This document shows positions 1 through 9,796 of a DNA stretch of 64,000 bases, in pieces. Under the pieces are notes generated by a model that saw nothing but the letters and a program-made list of their open reading frames with translations, did no database searches and had not been told where the DNA came from. The translations under genes and the position numbers were made by a program. How positions within the stretch are numbered: the stretch's first letter is position 1; each line of letters opens with the position of its first letter. Origin of the DNA: Alphaproteobacteria bacterium (lineage in GTDB: Bacteria; Pseudomonadota; Alphaproteobacteria; MPNO01); assembly GCA_965248835.1 (NCBI GenBank), contig CBDFLJ010000001.1, forward strand, positions 832,001 to 896,000. The letters run 5' to 3'.

Positions 1-137
1 AAGCTGCCCTTCAGGATGATGACGACGAAAAGGTCCCGCGACGTGCGCGCCGCGATCTCTTCGGCCAACGATCCCACGCGGCGCGCGATCTCGGTCTCGT
101 CGAGCAGGATGTCGATCGAGGGCCTGGATTCGGGCAT
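1..137 (-). CDS. hpt: Hypoxanthine phosphoribosyltransferase, N-terminal part (runs off window start)
   Basis: Manual translation from ATG at 137: MPESRPSIDILLDETEIARRVGSLAEEIAARTSRDLFVVIILKGS, matching the HPRT N-terminus and LKGS motif; usual synteny with the zinc-ribbon gene and ftsE. Confidence 0.85.
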   Translation of the reverse strand, partial: MPESRPSIDILLDETEIARRVGSLAEEIAARTSRDLFVVIILKGS

Positions 138-138
138 C

Positions 139-891
139 TCACCTGTTCTCTTGGAAGACGATCGACAGCCGGACCGCGTTCTCCGCCGGGTTGGCGAACT
201 CGGTCTTGAAGCGTTCGTTCCCGTTGGGCGGCAGGCTGGCGACGGGGGCCGGGACCGTCCAGCCTTGCAGCTCGCGCTGCTCGGCATCGAACAGTGCCGC
301 CCGCAGGGCCGGGACCCGGAGCCTGGTCCCGGTGGCGTTCTCGATCCGCCCGGACACCCGGAGGATGATCTGGCCGTCCTGCTCCGACCGGTCGAATGTC
401 TCGATGATCAGGTTCAGCCCGAATCCCGGCGGCTCGGACTCGATTCCGATCGCGGCGTAGGCCGGTTCGGCGGCGGGCAACACCGCGATCACCTCCTCGC
501 GGTAGAGCGACGCAGCCGCGCCGATGCCGATCAGCACTGCGATCAGCGCAACCCATGCCATCCGCACCGGCCACCGGCGGCGGTTCGGGTCATCTGGCGG
601 GACGTTCGCCCGGGGCGGGGCGGACCGCACCGGGCCGAGCGGTTTCTCGGCATGGATCGACAGCTCCTGGGCCGGCGGCGGGCGGTCTTCCGAGCTATCC
701 TCGGCATCCGGCAGAGGCGCGGGTTCGGGCTCGGCTGGCGGCGCGGGCGCCACCGCCGCCTCGACCCCTCCGTCCTCGGCGGCGAACCAGGCGTTGCCGC
801 ACCTGCCGCAGCGCACCTCGCGGCCTGCCGCGCCGATGGCCGCGGAATTGACCAGAAAGCGGGTGGCGCAACGCGGGCAGGTTAGGATCAT
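139..891 (-). CDS. MJ0042-type zinc-ribbon / DUF3426 membrane protein
   Basis: MILTCPRCATRF...VRCGRCGNAW zinc ribbon, Pro/Glu-rich linker, one TM segment, C-terminal Ig-like domain; start taken at ATG 891. Confidence 0.85.
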   Translation of the reverse strand: MILTCPRCATRFLVNSAAIGAAGREVRCGRCGNAWFAAEDGGVEAAVAPAPPAEPEPAPLPDAEDSSEDRPPPAQELSIHAEKPLGPVRSAPPRANVPPDDPNRRRWPVRMAWVALIAVLIGIGAAASLYREEVIAVLPAAEPAYAAIGIESEPPGFGLNLIIETFDRSEQDGQIILRVSGRIENATGTRLRVPALRAALFDAEQRELQGWTVPAPVASLPPNGNERFKTEFANPAENAVRLSIVFQENR

Positions 892-1018
892 TCCGTTTCG
901 GACCGGCACAAGGCCCGGCCCTTATAGAAGCCGTGCCCTTGACAGGCAAGGACCGGGCTTCTTTAAGCATCACGGTCGGAGCGGAGATCGGGCCGCACTT
1001 TAACTGTCAGAGGCCCCG

Positions 1019-1732
1019 ATGGAATCGGGAAACGAAGTCGTCCGCATCCAGAACGTCGGGCTGCGCTACGGGTTGGGCCCGGAGGTGCTCAACGATGTCT
1101 CGCTGTCGCTCGCGGCCGGGTCCTTTCGCTTCCTGACCGGTGCCAGCGGCGCGGGGAAGACCTCCCTTCTGCGTCTGATGTATCTCGCGATGCGGCCTTC
1201 GCGGGGCCTGGTGCATCTTTTCGGACAAGAGGTGTCCGCGCTGCGGCGCGCCGACCGGCCGGCGTTGCGGCGCCGGATCGGCGTGATCTTTCAGGACTTC
1301 CGGCTGATCGAGCATCTGTCGGCGATGGAGAACGTCGCCCTGCCGCTGCGCGTCTCCGGCACGAGCGAGGCGCTGATCCGCGAGCATGTCCCGGAGCTAC
1401 TGCGCTGGGTCGGGCTGCAGCGCGAGCTCGACGCGCTGCCCTCCGCGCTGTCGGGCGGGCAGAAGCAGCGCGTGGCCATCGCGCGCGCCGTCATCGCTCG
1501 GCCCGACCTGCTGCTTGCCGACGAGCCGACCGGCAACGTCGACCAGTCGGCGGCGGTCCGGCTGATGTATCTGCTGGAACGGCTGAACAAGCTGGGGACC
1601 ACGGTGGTGATCGCCACCCACAACGAGGCCCTGGTGGACCGCTTCGGCTACCCCGCGTTCAAGCTCGAAGACGGCGTGCTGCGGGCCTACCAGAGCCGCG
1701 CGGCGGCCGCTGCGGCGGCCCCCGGACCATGA
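1019..1732 (+). CDS. ftsE: Cell division ATP-binding protein FtsE
   Basis: Walker A GASGAGKT, IGVIFQDFRL, LSGGQKQRVAIARA, LLADEPTGNVD; followed by ftsX. Confidence 0.95.
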   Translation: MESGNEVVRIQNVGLRYGLGPEVLNDVSLSLAAGSFRFLTGASGAGKTSLLRLMYLAMRPSRGLVHLFGQEVSALRRADRPALRRRIGVIFQDFRLIEHLSAMENVALPLRVSGTSEALIREHVPELLRWVGLQRELDALPSALSGGQKQRVAIARAVIARPDLLLADEPTGNVDQSAAVRLMYLLERLNKLGTTVVIATHNEALVDRFGYPAFKLEDGVLRAYQSRAAAAAAAPGP

Positions 1733-2616
1733 GGCGGGCAGGCGCGCGCGACGGCCTGGTGCTGCCGCTGGGCGGCGATGCGTCCAGCCGCTGCGGGCCA
1801 TGGATCGTCGGCGCGATCGTCTACATCGCCTCGATCGCGATGGCCGGGGCTATGATGCTGTCCTCGGCCGGCCCGGCCTGGCAGAGCGAACTGGCCGGCA
1901 AGCTCACGATCCAGGTCATGCCGCAGGGTGCCGACACCGATGCCGCCGTCGCACGCATCCTCGGCGTGCTCCGCGCGCGCCCGGACATTGTCGAGGCCGA
2001 GCCGCTGGACGAGGCCGCGATGCGCGCGCTGCTCTCGCCCTGGCTCGGCAATGACGTCGACCTTTCGGCCCTGCCCGTACCCGGCCTGATCGATGCGCGG
2101 ATCGCGCACGGCCAGGAGATCGACACCAAGGCACTTGCCGCCCGGCTCGCCGCGGAGGTGCCGGGCACAACGGTCGACGATCACGGGCTCTGGCTCGAGG
2201 ACCTCGCGCTGTTCGCCGACGCGCTGGAAGCGATCGGCTACCTGATCGTCGCCCTGGTCGGTGCGACAGCGATCGTCACCGTGGTGTTTGCCACGCGCGC
2301 GGGCCTTGCGGTGCATGAGGACGTAATCGAGATCCTGCATCTGGTCGGCGCGCAGGACCGCTATATCGCCAGACAGTTTCAGATCCACGTCCGCACCCTG
2401 GCCCTGACCGGCGGCGTGATCGGGTTCGTGCTGGCGGTCGCGACGATCATCGTGCTGAGCCGGTTCGCACCGGTCGTGGAAGGCATTATCGTGCCCGAGA
2501 TGACGCTTTCTCCGCTGCAGTGGCTGGCCCTGGCCGGGCTCCCTCTGGTCGCGGTCGCGATCGGCATGGCGACGGCGCACGTCACGGTCATGCGTGCGCT
2601 GGCGCGGGCCCCGTGA
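1729..2616 (+). CDS. ftsX: Cell division permease FtsX
   Basis: 4-TM layout, IEILHLVGAQDRYIARQF motif, ATGA overlap with ftsE. Confidence 0.9.
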   Translation: MRRAGARDGLVLPLGGDASSRCGPWIVGAIVYIASIAMAGAMMLSSAGPAWQSELAGKLTIQVMPQGADTDAAVARILGVLRARPDIVEAEPLDEAAMRALLSPWLGNDVDLSALPVPGLIDARIAHGQEIDTKALAARLAAEVPGTTVDDHGLWLEDLALFADALEAIGYLIVALVGATAIVTVVFATRAGLAVHEDVIEILHLVGAQDRYIARQFQIHVRTLALTGGVIGFVLAVATIIVLSRFAPVVEGIIVPEMTLSPLQWLALAGLPLVAVAIGMATAHVTVMRALARAP

Positions 2617-2637
2617 GGGCCTGCGGGGACGGCCGGC

Positions 2638-3294
2638 GTGATTTCCCGCAATGCTCGGCCGGGCAGCCGCCGGCGCTCCGGACCGCGCTGGCTGCGCCGC
2701 CTGGTGGTCGCGGCAGTGATCGCGGCCCTGTCCTGGCTCGGCGGGCTGATCTGGTATGCCGGGCAGATCCCGATTCCCGGACCGCCGCGGTCCGGCAATA
2801 CCGAGGCGATCGTTGTGCTGACCGGCGGCAGCGGCAGGCTGGGCGAAGGCCTGCGCCTGCTGGCGGAGGGCCGCGCGCGAAAGCTGTTCGTCTCCGGGGT
2901 CTATCGCGGCGTCGATGTCCGTGTGCTTCTGCAGATGGCCGCGCGCAAGCCCGACAACGTGGAATGCTGCATCACGCTGGGCTATGCCGCCGATAACACC
3001 GCCGGCAACGCGTGGGAGACCGCGGCCTGGATGGTCGGGCAAGGCTATCGGTCGCTGCGGCTGGTCACGGCGAGCTACCACATGCCGCGCAGCCTGCTCG
3101 AGTTCCGCCGCACGATGCCGGATTTCGAGATCCTCGCCCATGCGGTCTTTCCCGAGCGGTTCCGGCACGCCGATTGGTGGCACTGGCCAGGTTCGACCGC
3201 CCTTGTGATCAGCGAATACAACAAGTATCTGGCCGCCCTGGCCCGTCTCGGTCCGGGCCGCAGCCGGTCTCCGGGCCGCGCGAGCGCCGGATGA
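2638..3294 (+). CDS. YdcF/DUF218 family protein
   Basis: AIVVLTGGSGR, NTAGNA, LVTASYHMPRS, SEYNKY motifs. Confidence 0.88.
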   Translation: MISRNARPGSRRRSGPRWLRRLVVAAVIAALSWLGGLIWYAGQIPIPGPPRSGNTEAIVVLTGGSGRLGEGLRLLAEGRARKLFVSGVYRGVDVRVLLQMAARKPDNVECCITLGYAADNTAGNAWETAAWMVGQGYRSLRLVTASYHMPRSLLEFRRTMPDFEILAHAVFPERFRHADWWHWPGSTALVISEYNKYLAALARLGPGRSRSPGRASAG

Positions 3295-3998
3295 TAGTGC
3301 TGCGCTCGCTGGCCTTTCAGGTCTGCTTCCATGCCTGGACGGTGATCCTGGGGGTCGTCACCCTGCCGGTCCTGCTCGCACCCAGGCGCGTCGGGTTCGG
3401 CCTGGGCAGGCTTTGGGTGGACGGCACCTTCGGCCTTCTCGCCCACACGGTGGGGCTGACCTACGAGGTTCGCGGCGAGGCCGCGAGGCCCGCCGGCCCT
3501 GCGGTCTATGCCTTCAAGCACCAGTCGGCCTGGGACACCCTGGTCCTGGTCCGGCTGTTCGCCGAGCCGGCGGTGGTCGTGAAACGGGAACTGATTTATC
3601 TGCCGGTGCTCGGCTGGTATTTTTGGCGCCTGGGCATGATCCTGATCGACCGGCGGGCGGGCGCGAAGGCCTTGAGGGCGATGCTTGCCGCCGCGCGCAA
3701 AAGAGTCCGGGACGGCCGCGACATCGTGGTCTTCCCCGAGGGCACGCGCACCCCGCCGGGGTCCCGGCGCGCCTACCACCCGGGCGTGGCAGCGCTCTAC
3801 CGCGAGCTGTCGCTGCCGGTCGTCCCGGTCGCGCTCAACTCGGGCCGCTATTGGGGTCGGCGCGCGTTCACCAAGCGGCCCGGCCGCATCGTGGTCTCCT
3901 TCCTGCCGCCGATCGAACCCGGCCTCGACCGCAAGGCGTTCATGCAGCGCCTCCAAGACTCCATAGAGACGGAGTCCGCGCTCCTGGCCGCCGATTGA
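3291..3998 (+). CDS. plsC: 1-acyl-sn-glycerol-3-phosphate (lysophospholipid) acyltransferase
   Basis: KHQSAWD (HxxxxD) and VFPEGTR motifs; ATG at 3291 overlaps the upstream stop. Confidence 0.88.
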   Translation: MIVLRSLAFQVCFHAWTVILGVVTLPVLLAPRRVGFGLGRLWVDGTFGLLAHTVGLTYEVRGEAARPAGPAVYAFKHQSAWDTLVLVRLFAEPAVVVKRELIYLPVLGWYFWRLGMILIDRRAGAKALRAMLAAARKRVRDGRDIVVFPEGTRTPPGSRRAYHPGVAALYRELSLPVVPVALNSGRYWGRRAFTKRPGRIVVSFLPPIEPGLDRKAFMQRLQDSIETESALLAAD

Positions 3999-4080
3999 CC
4001 CTCGGCCGGGCCGGAACTACCCTGAAACCAGCGCGGGCGGCAGGATCCTGGACCGCCCGCCTGCGTCCATCGGATGCGCC

Positions 4081-6381
4081 ATGACCTCGCCGACATCGAT
4101 CTCGCAGCAAATCTGGGACATGAAGTATCGGCTGAAGGGCGCCAACGGGGAGTCGGTCGACCGGACGATGTCCGAAACCTGGCGCCGGGTCGCAACCGCG
4201 TTGGCCGCGCCGGAGGCCGAGCCCGCGCTGTGGGCCGAACGGTTCCACCAGGCCTTGGAGGGCTTCAGATTCCTGCCCGCCGGGCGCATCCTCGCCGGGG
4301 CCGGCAGCCGGCGCAACGTCACCCTGTTCAACTGTTTTGTCATGGGCACCGTGCCCGACGACATGGCCGGCATCTTCGAGAACCTGAAGGAAGCCGCGCT
4401 CACCATGCAGCAGGGCGGCGGCATCGGCTACGACTTCTCGACGCTTCGGCCCAAGGGAGCGCCGGTCAGGGGCGTCGGCGCCGACGCCTCGGGACCGCTG
4501 ACCTTCATGGACGTGTGGGATTCAATGTGCAAGACCATCATGAGCGCCGGCCACCGCCGCGGCGCGATGATGGCGACGCTGCGCTGCGACCACCCCGACA
4601 TCGAGGCGTTCGTCGAGGCCAAGCAGACCGCCGGCCGGCTCAGGATGTTCAACCTGTCGGTCCTGGTCACCGATGCGTTCATGGATGCGCTGGACCACGA
4701 CGCCGGCTGGGATCTGGTGTTCGACGGCGTGTCCTACAGGACCGTGCGCGCCCGCGACCTGTGGGACAGGATCATGCGGGCGACATACGCGGCAGCCGAA
4801 CCGGGGGTGATCTTCATCGACCGCATCAACCAGCAGAACCCGCTGGCCTACTGCGAGACGATCGCCGCGACCAACCCGTGCGGCGAGCAGCCGCTGCCGC
4901 CCTACGGGGCCTGCCTTCTGGGCTCGATCAACCTCGCCCGGCTGGTGCTCGAGCCGTTCACCGAGGACGCCCGGCTGGACCTCGAGGCCCTGGAGGCGCT
5001 TGTCCCCACCGCCGTGCGGATGATGGACAACGCCGTCGACGTCTCGCAGTTCCCGCTGCCGGCCCAGGCCCACGAGGCCCGCGCCAAGCGCCGCATCGGG
5101 CTCGGCGCGACCGGGCTTGCCGACGCGCTGATCATGTGCGGCGCCCGTTACGGCGATGCGCAGGCCGTCGCGCTGACCGAATCCTGGCTCGCTGCGGTCC
5201 AGCGCAGCGCCTATCTCGCTTCGGCGCGACTCGCCGAGGAAAAGGGCGCCTTCCCGCTGTTCGACCGCGAGGCCTATCTCGCCGCGCCGGCGATCCAGGC
5301 CCAGGATATCGACGTGCGCAACGCGATCGCCGCGCATGGGCTGCGCAACGCGCTGCTGACTTCGATCGCGCCGACCGGGACGATCTCGCTACTCGCCGAC
5401 AACGTGTCCTCGGGCATCGAGCCGGTGTTCAGCCTGACCCACACCCGATCGGTGCTGCAGCCCGACGGCTCGCGGCGCGAGGAGGAGGTCAGCGACTACG
5501 CCTACCGCCTCTACCGCCGGATCAAGGGCGAGCACGCCCCGCTGCCGGAATACTTCGTCGATTCCCAGGCGATCAGGCCGCGCGACCACCTGGTGATGCA
5601 GGCCGCGGCCCAAAGACATGTCGACAGCTCGATCTCCAAGACCGTCAACGTGCCGGCCGAGATCGGCTTCGAGGCGTTCCACGAGATCTACACCGAGGCC
5701 TATGCGTTGGGCTGCAAGGGCTGCACGACCTATCGTCCCAACGAGATCACCGGCTCGGTCCTGTCAGTGCTGCCCGATAGCGCGGGCCATCAGGCCGAGC
5801 TGCCCCTGGAGGCGCCCAAGGCGCCGGCGCGGGCCGAGGATGCCTACGATGCCGGCGGCGTGGTCTACATGACCCAGCCGCTCAACCGGCCCGAGGAGCT
5901 GCCCGGGCGCACCTACAAGCTGCGTTGGCCGGAAAGCGACCACGCGATTTACGTGACGCTCAACGACATCGTCCAGGACGGGCGCCGCCGGCCCTTCGAG
6001 GTCTTCATCAACTCCAAGAACATGGAGCATTTCGCCTGGACGGTGGCGCTGACCCGGATGATCAGCGCGGTGTTCCGGCGCGGCGGCGACGTCTCGTTCG
6101 TCGTCGACGAGCTCAAGGCGGTGTTCGACCCGCGCGGCGGACAGTGGATGGAGGGCCGCTACGTCCCCTCGCTCCTGGCCGCGCTCGGCGAGGTAATCGA
6201 GCGCCACATGATCGATATCGGCTTTCTGCCGGCCAACCAGCCGATGGACGCCCCGCCGGCCGAGGCGAGGCGCGCGGTCGCAGGCCCCATGCGGCAATGC
6301 CCGAAATGCGGCCAAGCGGGCTTGATCCGCCAGGAAGGCTGCGACATCTGCACCGCGTGCGCCTATTCCAGATGCGGCTGA
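4081..6381 (+). CDS. nrdJ: Adenosylcobalamin-dependent (class II) ribonucleotide reductase with C-terminal TSCPD/zinc-ribbon region
   Basis: TLFNCF, ATNPCGEQPL, ACLLGSINL, IAPTGTIS, SISKTVN, KGCTTYR; C-terminal CPKC...CxxC; no beta-subunit gene nearby. Confidence 0.93.
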   Translation: MTSPTSISQQIWDMKYRLKGANGESVDRTMSETWRRVATALAAPEAEPALWAERFHQALEGFRFLPAGRILAGAGSRRNVTLFNCFVMGTVPDDMAGIFENLKEAALTMQQGGGIGYDFSTLRPKGAPVRGVGADASGPLTFMDVWDSMCKTIMSAGHRRGAMMATLRCDHPDIEAFVEAKQTAGRLRMFNLSVLVTDAFMDALDHDAGWDLVFDGVSYRTVRARDLWDRIMRATYAAAEPGVIFIDRINQQNPLAYCETIAATNPCGEQPLPPYGACLLGSINLARLVLEPFTEDARLDLEALEALVPTAVRMMDNAVDVSQFPLPAQAHEARAKRRIGLGATGLADALIMCGARYGDAQAVALTESWLAAVQRSAYLASARLAEEKGAFPLFDREAYLAAPAIQAQDIDVRNAIAAHGLRNALLTSIAPTGTISLLADNVSSGIEPVFSLTHTRSVLQPDGSRREEEVSDYAYRLYRRIKGEHAPLPEYFVDSQAIRPRDHLVMQAAAQRHVDSSISKTVNVPAEIGFEAFHEIYTEAYALGCKGCTTYRPNEITGSVLSVLPDSAGHQAELPLEAPKAPARAEDAYDAGGVVYMTQPLNRPEELPGRTYKLRWPESDHAIYVTLNDIVQDGRRRPFEVFINSKNMEHFAWTVALTRMISAVFRRGGDVSFVVDELKAVFDPRGGQWMEGRYVPSLLAALGEVIERHMIDIGFLPANQPMDAPPAEARRAVAGPMRQCPKCGQAGLIRQEGCDICTACAYSRCG

Positions 6382-6459
6382 GCGGCCGGAGCCTGGTCCG
6401 GACAGGCCCGCACCGCCGCGCGGTGGTCGGGCGCCGCTTGCCGCGGCCGGCCCGACGAC

Positions 6460-7686
6460 CTATTCGGCGGCTTGCCGCGCGGCGTAGGGGTTGTCGAGGT
6501 TGAACAGCCTCGCCGCGTTCTCGCCCAGGATATTGCGCTTCTGGCGCTCGTCCAGGAACGGCAGATCCCAGATCACCGACGGCGCATCGAAGTCCCAGTG
6601 CGGCCAGTCCGAGCACCACAGGAGCTGCGTGTCGGCGTTGATGGCCTCCAGCGTCGCCTCTAGCAGCTTGGGGTGATGCGCCTCGAGCGGCTGGCTGGAG
6701 AAATACATCTCCTTGATGTACTCGCTGGGCTTGCGCTTCAGGAGCGGCGCCTCCGACGAGCGCATCATGTACTCGGCGTCCAACCGCTGCATCACATAGG
6801 GCAGCCAGGCCAATCCGCTCTCGATCCACAGCACGTCCAGTCCGGGGAAGCGCTCCGGCAGCCCGTTGATCACCCAGTTGGTCATGTGGATCAGGTTGCA
6901 GTGCACGAACGACAGCGCATGCATCGACAGGAACCGGTTGAGCTGCGCCATCGAGCCGTCTTCCCAGTTGAAGCCGGCATGGAAGGCGATCGGCAGATTG
7001 CGCTCCTCCAGCGCACGGTAGAGCGGCATGTAGGCGTTGTGGTGGACCGCCTTGTAGCGTGTGCTGGTGACGGTAAAGCCCATCACGCCCGGCTTGTCGG
7101 CGAACTCGGCAACGAATTTGGGGCAGACTTCCGGCGTGTTGAAGGGCAGGAACAGCAGGCCCTTCATCCGCGGCTCCTCGGGCAGCACCTCCTCGGTCAG
7201 CCAGCGGTTGAACGCCCAGGAGAGCTCGACCTCGACCTCTGCCTGCGGGTGGGTGCCGAGCAGCAGCATCGGAGTCGGGAAGACCACCATGTAGTCGATC
7301 CCCATGGAGTCCATTGCCCGGCGGGTCAGCGTGACCTGCTTGTGGACGTCGCTGGCCTCGACCATCTCCAGCTGGCTCTGCTGGTGCGGGATGCGGCCGT
7401 AGACGTCCTGGTAGAGCAGGCCCGGCTGGGCATTCAGCAGCCCGGGCGGCGAGCCCACGCGGTCCTGGAAGGACCTGGCCATCTGCTGGTAGACGTCGCT
7501 GTCGATGCGCTCGATGACCTCGGGCCAGAACATGGTCTCGGTGATGTGGGCGTCGACATCGACGATCAGCGTGTCGTGAAAGCCCTTCTTCGCCGCCTCG
7601 CGAGCGGCGTGGGCGAGCACGTCGCGGGTATCGGACTTGACGGTGATCTCTTCGAGCGACCGACCGGTCTCGGTGAGCTTGGTCAT
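6460..7686 (-). CDS. Amidohydrolase_2 family protein (metal-dependent hydrolase/decarboxylase/hydratase)
   Basis: DVDAH, FHAG, ESGLAW, SDWPHWDFD, ILGENAARLF motifs. Confidence 0.85.
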   Translation of the reverse strand: MTKLTETGRSLEEITVKSDTRDVLAHAAREAAKKGFHDTLIVDVDAHITETMFWPEVIERIDSDVYQQMARSFQDRVGSPPGLLNAQPGLLYQDVYGRIPHQQSQLEMVEASDVHKQVTLTRRAMDSMGIDYMVVFPTPMLLLGTHPQAEVEVELSWAFNRWLTEEVLPEEPRMKGLLFLPFNTPEVCPKFVAEFADKPGVMGFTVTSTRYKAVHHNAYMPLYRALEERNLPIAFHAGFNWEDGSMAQLNRFLSMHALSFVHCNLIHMTNWVINGLPERFPGLDVLWIESGLAWLPYVMQRLDAEYMMRSSEAPLLKRKPSEYIKEMYFSSQPLEAHHPKLLEATLEAINADTQLLWCSDWPHWDFDAPSVIWDLPFLDERQKRNILGENAARLFNLDNPYAARQAAE

Positions 7687-7738
7687 GGCCTCACGCCTCC
7701 AAACACGATCTCGATGACCGCACTATACCGGCCGCGAA

Positions 7739-8352
7739 TCAGCCTATCCAGGGGCGGCTTGCGGAATACGCGGCCTCGAATGCGACCATGGCGGCTTCGT
7801 GCTCAAAGGTCAGCGCGATGTCATCGAGCCCTTCCAGGAGGCAGCGCTTGCGGAAGGCGTCGATCTCGAACCCGTGCACGCCGCCGTCCGGGGCTCTCAC
7901 GGTCTGGGCTGCCAGGTCTATCGCCACCCGCGCGCCGGGCTGCCGGCGAAGCTGGCCGCGCAATTCCGCTGCGGCCGCGTCCTCCAAACGGATCGGCAGG
8001 AGCCCGTTGGCAAGGCAGTTGTTGAAGAATATCTCGCCGAAGCTCGGCGCGATGACGGCGCGGACGCCGTTCGCCTCCAACGCATAGACCGCCGCCTCGC
8101 GCGAGGAGCCGCAGCCGAAATTGCGGGCGCCGATAATGATCTCGGCGCCGCGATAGGCCGCGCGGTTGAGCACGAAATCGGGGCGCTCTCGGCCCTCGGG
8201 ATCGAAGCGCAGATCGGCAAACAGGTAGCGGTGATAGTGCTCGTCGCGCGCTTGCGCAGGAAGCGCGCCGGCAGGATCTGGTCGGTATCGAGATTGACCT
8301 GGTCGATCGGGGCCGCGATTGCGGTGAGCGCATCGAAGCGGCGCATCGCCAT
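7739..8352 (-). pseudogene. leuD: 3-isopropylmalate dehydratase small-subunit homologue with a single frameshift near 8250 (pseudogene or sequencing error)
   Basis: N-terminus NLDTDQILPARFLRK is in one frame; RDEHYHRYLFADLRFD...NFGCGSSRE...SFGEIFFNNC...LLEGLDDI is in another; one missing base in aag-cg-cgc would restore the frame. Confidence 0.85.
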
Positions 8353-8356
8353 CGGC

Positions 8357-9796
8357 TCAACCCCCGCGTGCCGGCGCCAGAGTGCGGACGTCGGCGAGCC
8401 GTCCGGTGACCGCGGCAGCGGCGGCCATCGCCGGGCTCACCAGATGAGTCTTTACGCGCTCGCCCTGGCGGCCGACGAAGTTGCGGTTGGTGGTCGATGC
8501 GGTGCGCTCGCCCGGCGCCGCGACATCGCCGTTGATGCCGATGCACATCGAGCAACCGGACTCCCGCCACTCGAAGCCGGCATCGCGGAAAATCCGATCG
8601 AGTCCCTGGCGCTCGGCCTCGGCCTTGACCAGGCTCGATCCCGGCACGATCAGGGTCGGCACGACCGCGCGCCTACCCCGCGCGATGGCCGCGACTGCGT
8701 GCAGATCCTCGATCCGCGCGTTGGTGCACGAGCCGACGAAGACCCGGTCGATCGGGATGTCGGTGATCGCCTGGCCCGGGACGAGCTCCATGTAGGCGAG
8801 CGCCGCGGCCATCGCCGCGCGCACCTCCGGGTCGGGCGCCGCCGCCGGGTCGGGGACGCGCCCGGTCACCGCGACCGCCTGATCGGGGCTGGTCCCCCAG
8901 GTCACCATCGGCGCGATCTCGGCGGCCGGAATCGAGACCTCGGCATCGAAGGCGGCGTCCGGGTCGCCGGGCAGCGTGCGCCAATGCGCGACCGCCCGGT
9001 GCCACAGCGCGCCGGCGGGCGCGTAGGGCCGCCCCGCGAGGTAGGCGAACGTTTTGTCATCGGGGGCGATCAGCCCGGCCCTTGCGCCCGCCTCGATCGA
9101 CAGGTTGCACAGGCTGAGCCTGCCCTCGATCGACAGCGCGCGCACCGCTTCGCCGGCATACTCGATCGCATGGCCGAGCCCGCCGCCGGCCCCGATGCGC
9201 ACGATAACCGCGATCGCCATGTCCTTTGCGGTCACACCCGGCGGCGCCGGCCCGTCGATCAGAACCCGCATGGTCCGCGGGCGGACCATCCACAGCGTCT
9301 GGGTGGCGAGCACGTGGCTGACCTGCGAGGCGCCGATGCCGAAGGCGAGCGCCCCGAGCGCGCCATGGGTGGCGGTGTGCGAATCCCCGCAGACGATCAC
9401 CAGGCCGGGCTGGCTCAGGCCCTGCTCCGGCCCGACCACGTGGACGATCCCCTGGCGCGGGTCGTCGATGGTGAACCGCTCGATCCCGTGTGCTCGGGTG
9501 TTGGCCTCGAACAGGTCGATCAGGGCGCGCCGTTCCTCATCGGCCGCATCGGCGGCGCGGCGCGAGCCGGTGGGCACATAGTGGTCGGCGACGCCGAATG
9601 TCCGGTGTGGCCGGCGCACCGAAGCCCCGCGCGCGGCGAGGATGTTGAAGGCATGGAACGATCCCTCGTGGACGAAATGCCGGTCGACATGGATCAGCGC
9701 CTGCCCGCCGTCGCCTTCGGCGATCACATGATCGTCCCAGATCTTGCGGAACAGCGTGCGGGGCGCGCTGTCCCCGGTTGCCGTGGACCGGACCAT
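8357..9796 (-). CDS. leuC: 3-isopropylmalate dehydratase large-subunit homologue (aconitase family, [4Fe-4S])
   Basis: TLFRKIWDDHV, CGDSHTATHGA, GSCTNARIEDL, GCSMCIGIN, STTNRNFVGRQG; ATG at 9796 overlaps the upstream TGA. Confidence 0.88.
   Translation of the reverse strand: MVRSTATGDSAPRTLFRKIWDDHVIAEGDGGQALIHVDRHFVHEGSFHAFNILAARGASVRRPHRTFGVADHYVPTGSRRAADAADEERRALIDLFEANTRAHGIERFTIDDPRQGIVHVVGPEQGLSQPGLVIVCGDSHTATHGALGALAFGIGASQVSHVLATQTLWMVRPRTMRVLIDGPAPPGVTAKDMAIAVIVRIGAGGGLGHAIEYAGEAVRALSIEGRLSLCNLSIEAGARAGLIAPDDKTFAYLAGRPYAPAGALWHRAVAHWRTLPGDPDAAFDAEVSIPAAEIAPMVTWGTSPDQAVAVTGRVPDPAAAPDPEVRAAMAAALAYMELVPGQAITDIPIDRVFVGSCTNARIEDLHAVAAIARGRRAVVPTLIVPGSSLVKAEAERQGLDRIFRDAGFEWRESGCSMCIGINGDVAAPGERTASTTNRNFVGRQGERVKTHLVSPAMAAAAAVTGRLADVRTLAPARGG

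Noticed and set aside
4081-6381. Intein or intron in nrdJ
   Set aside because: Length and motif spacing are normal, with no insertion or C..HN splice motifs seen.
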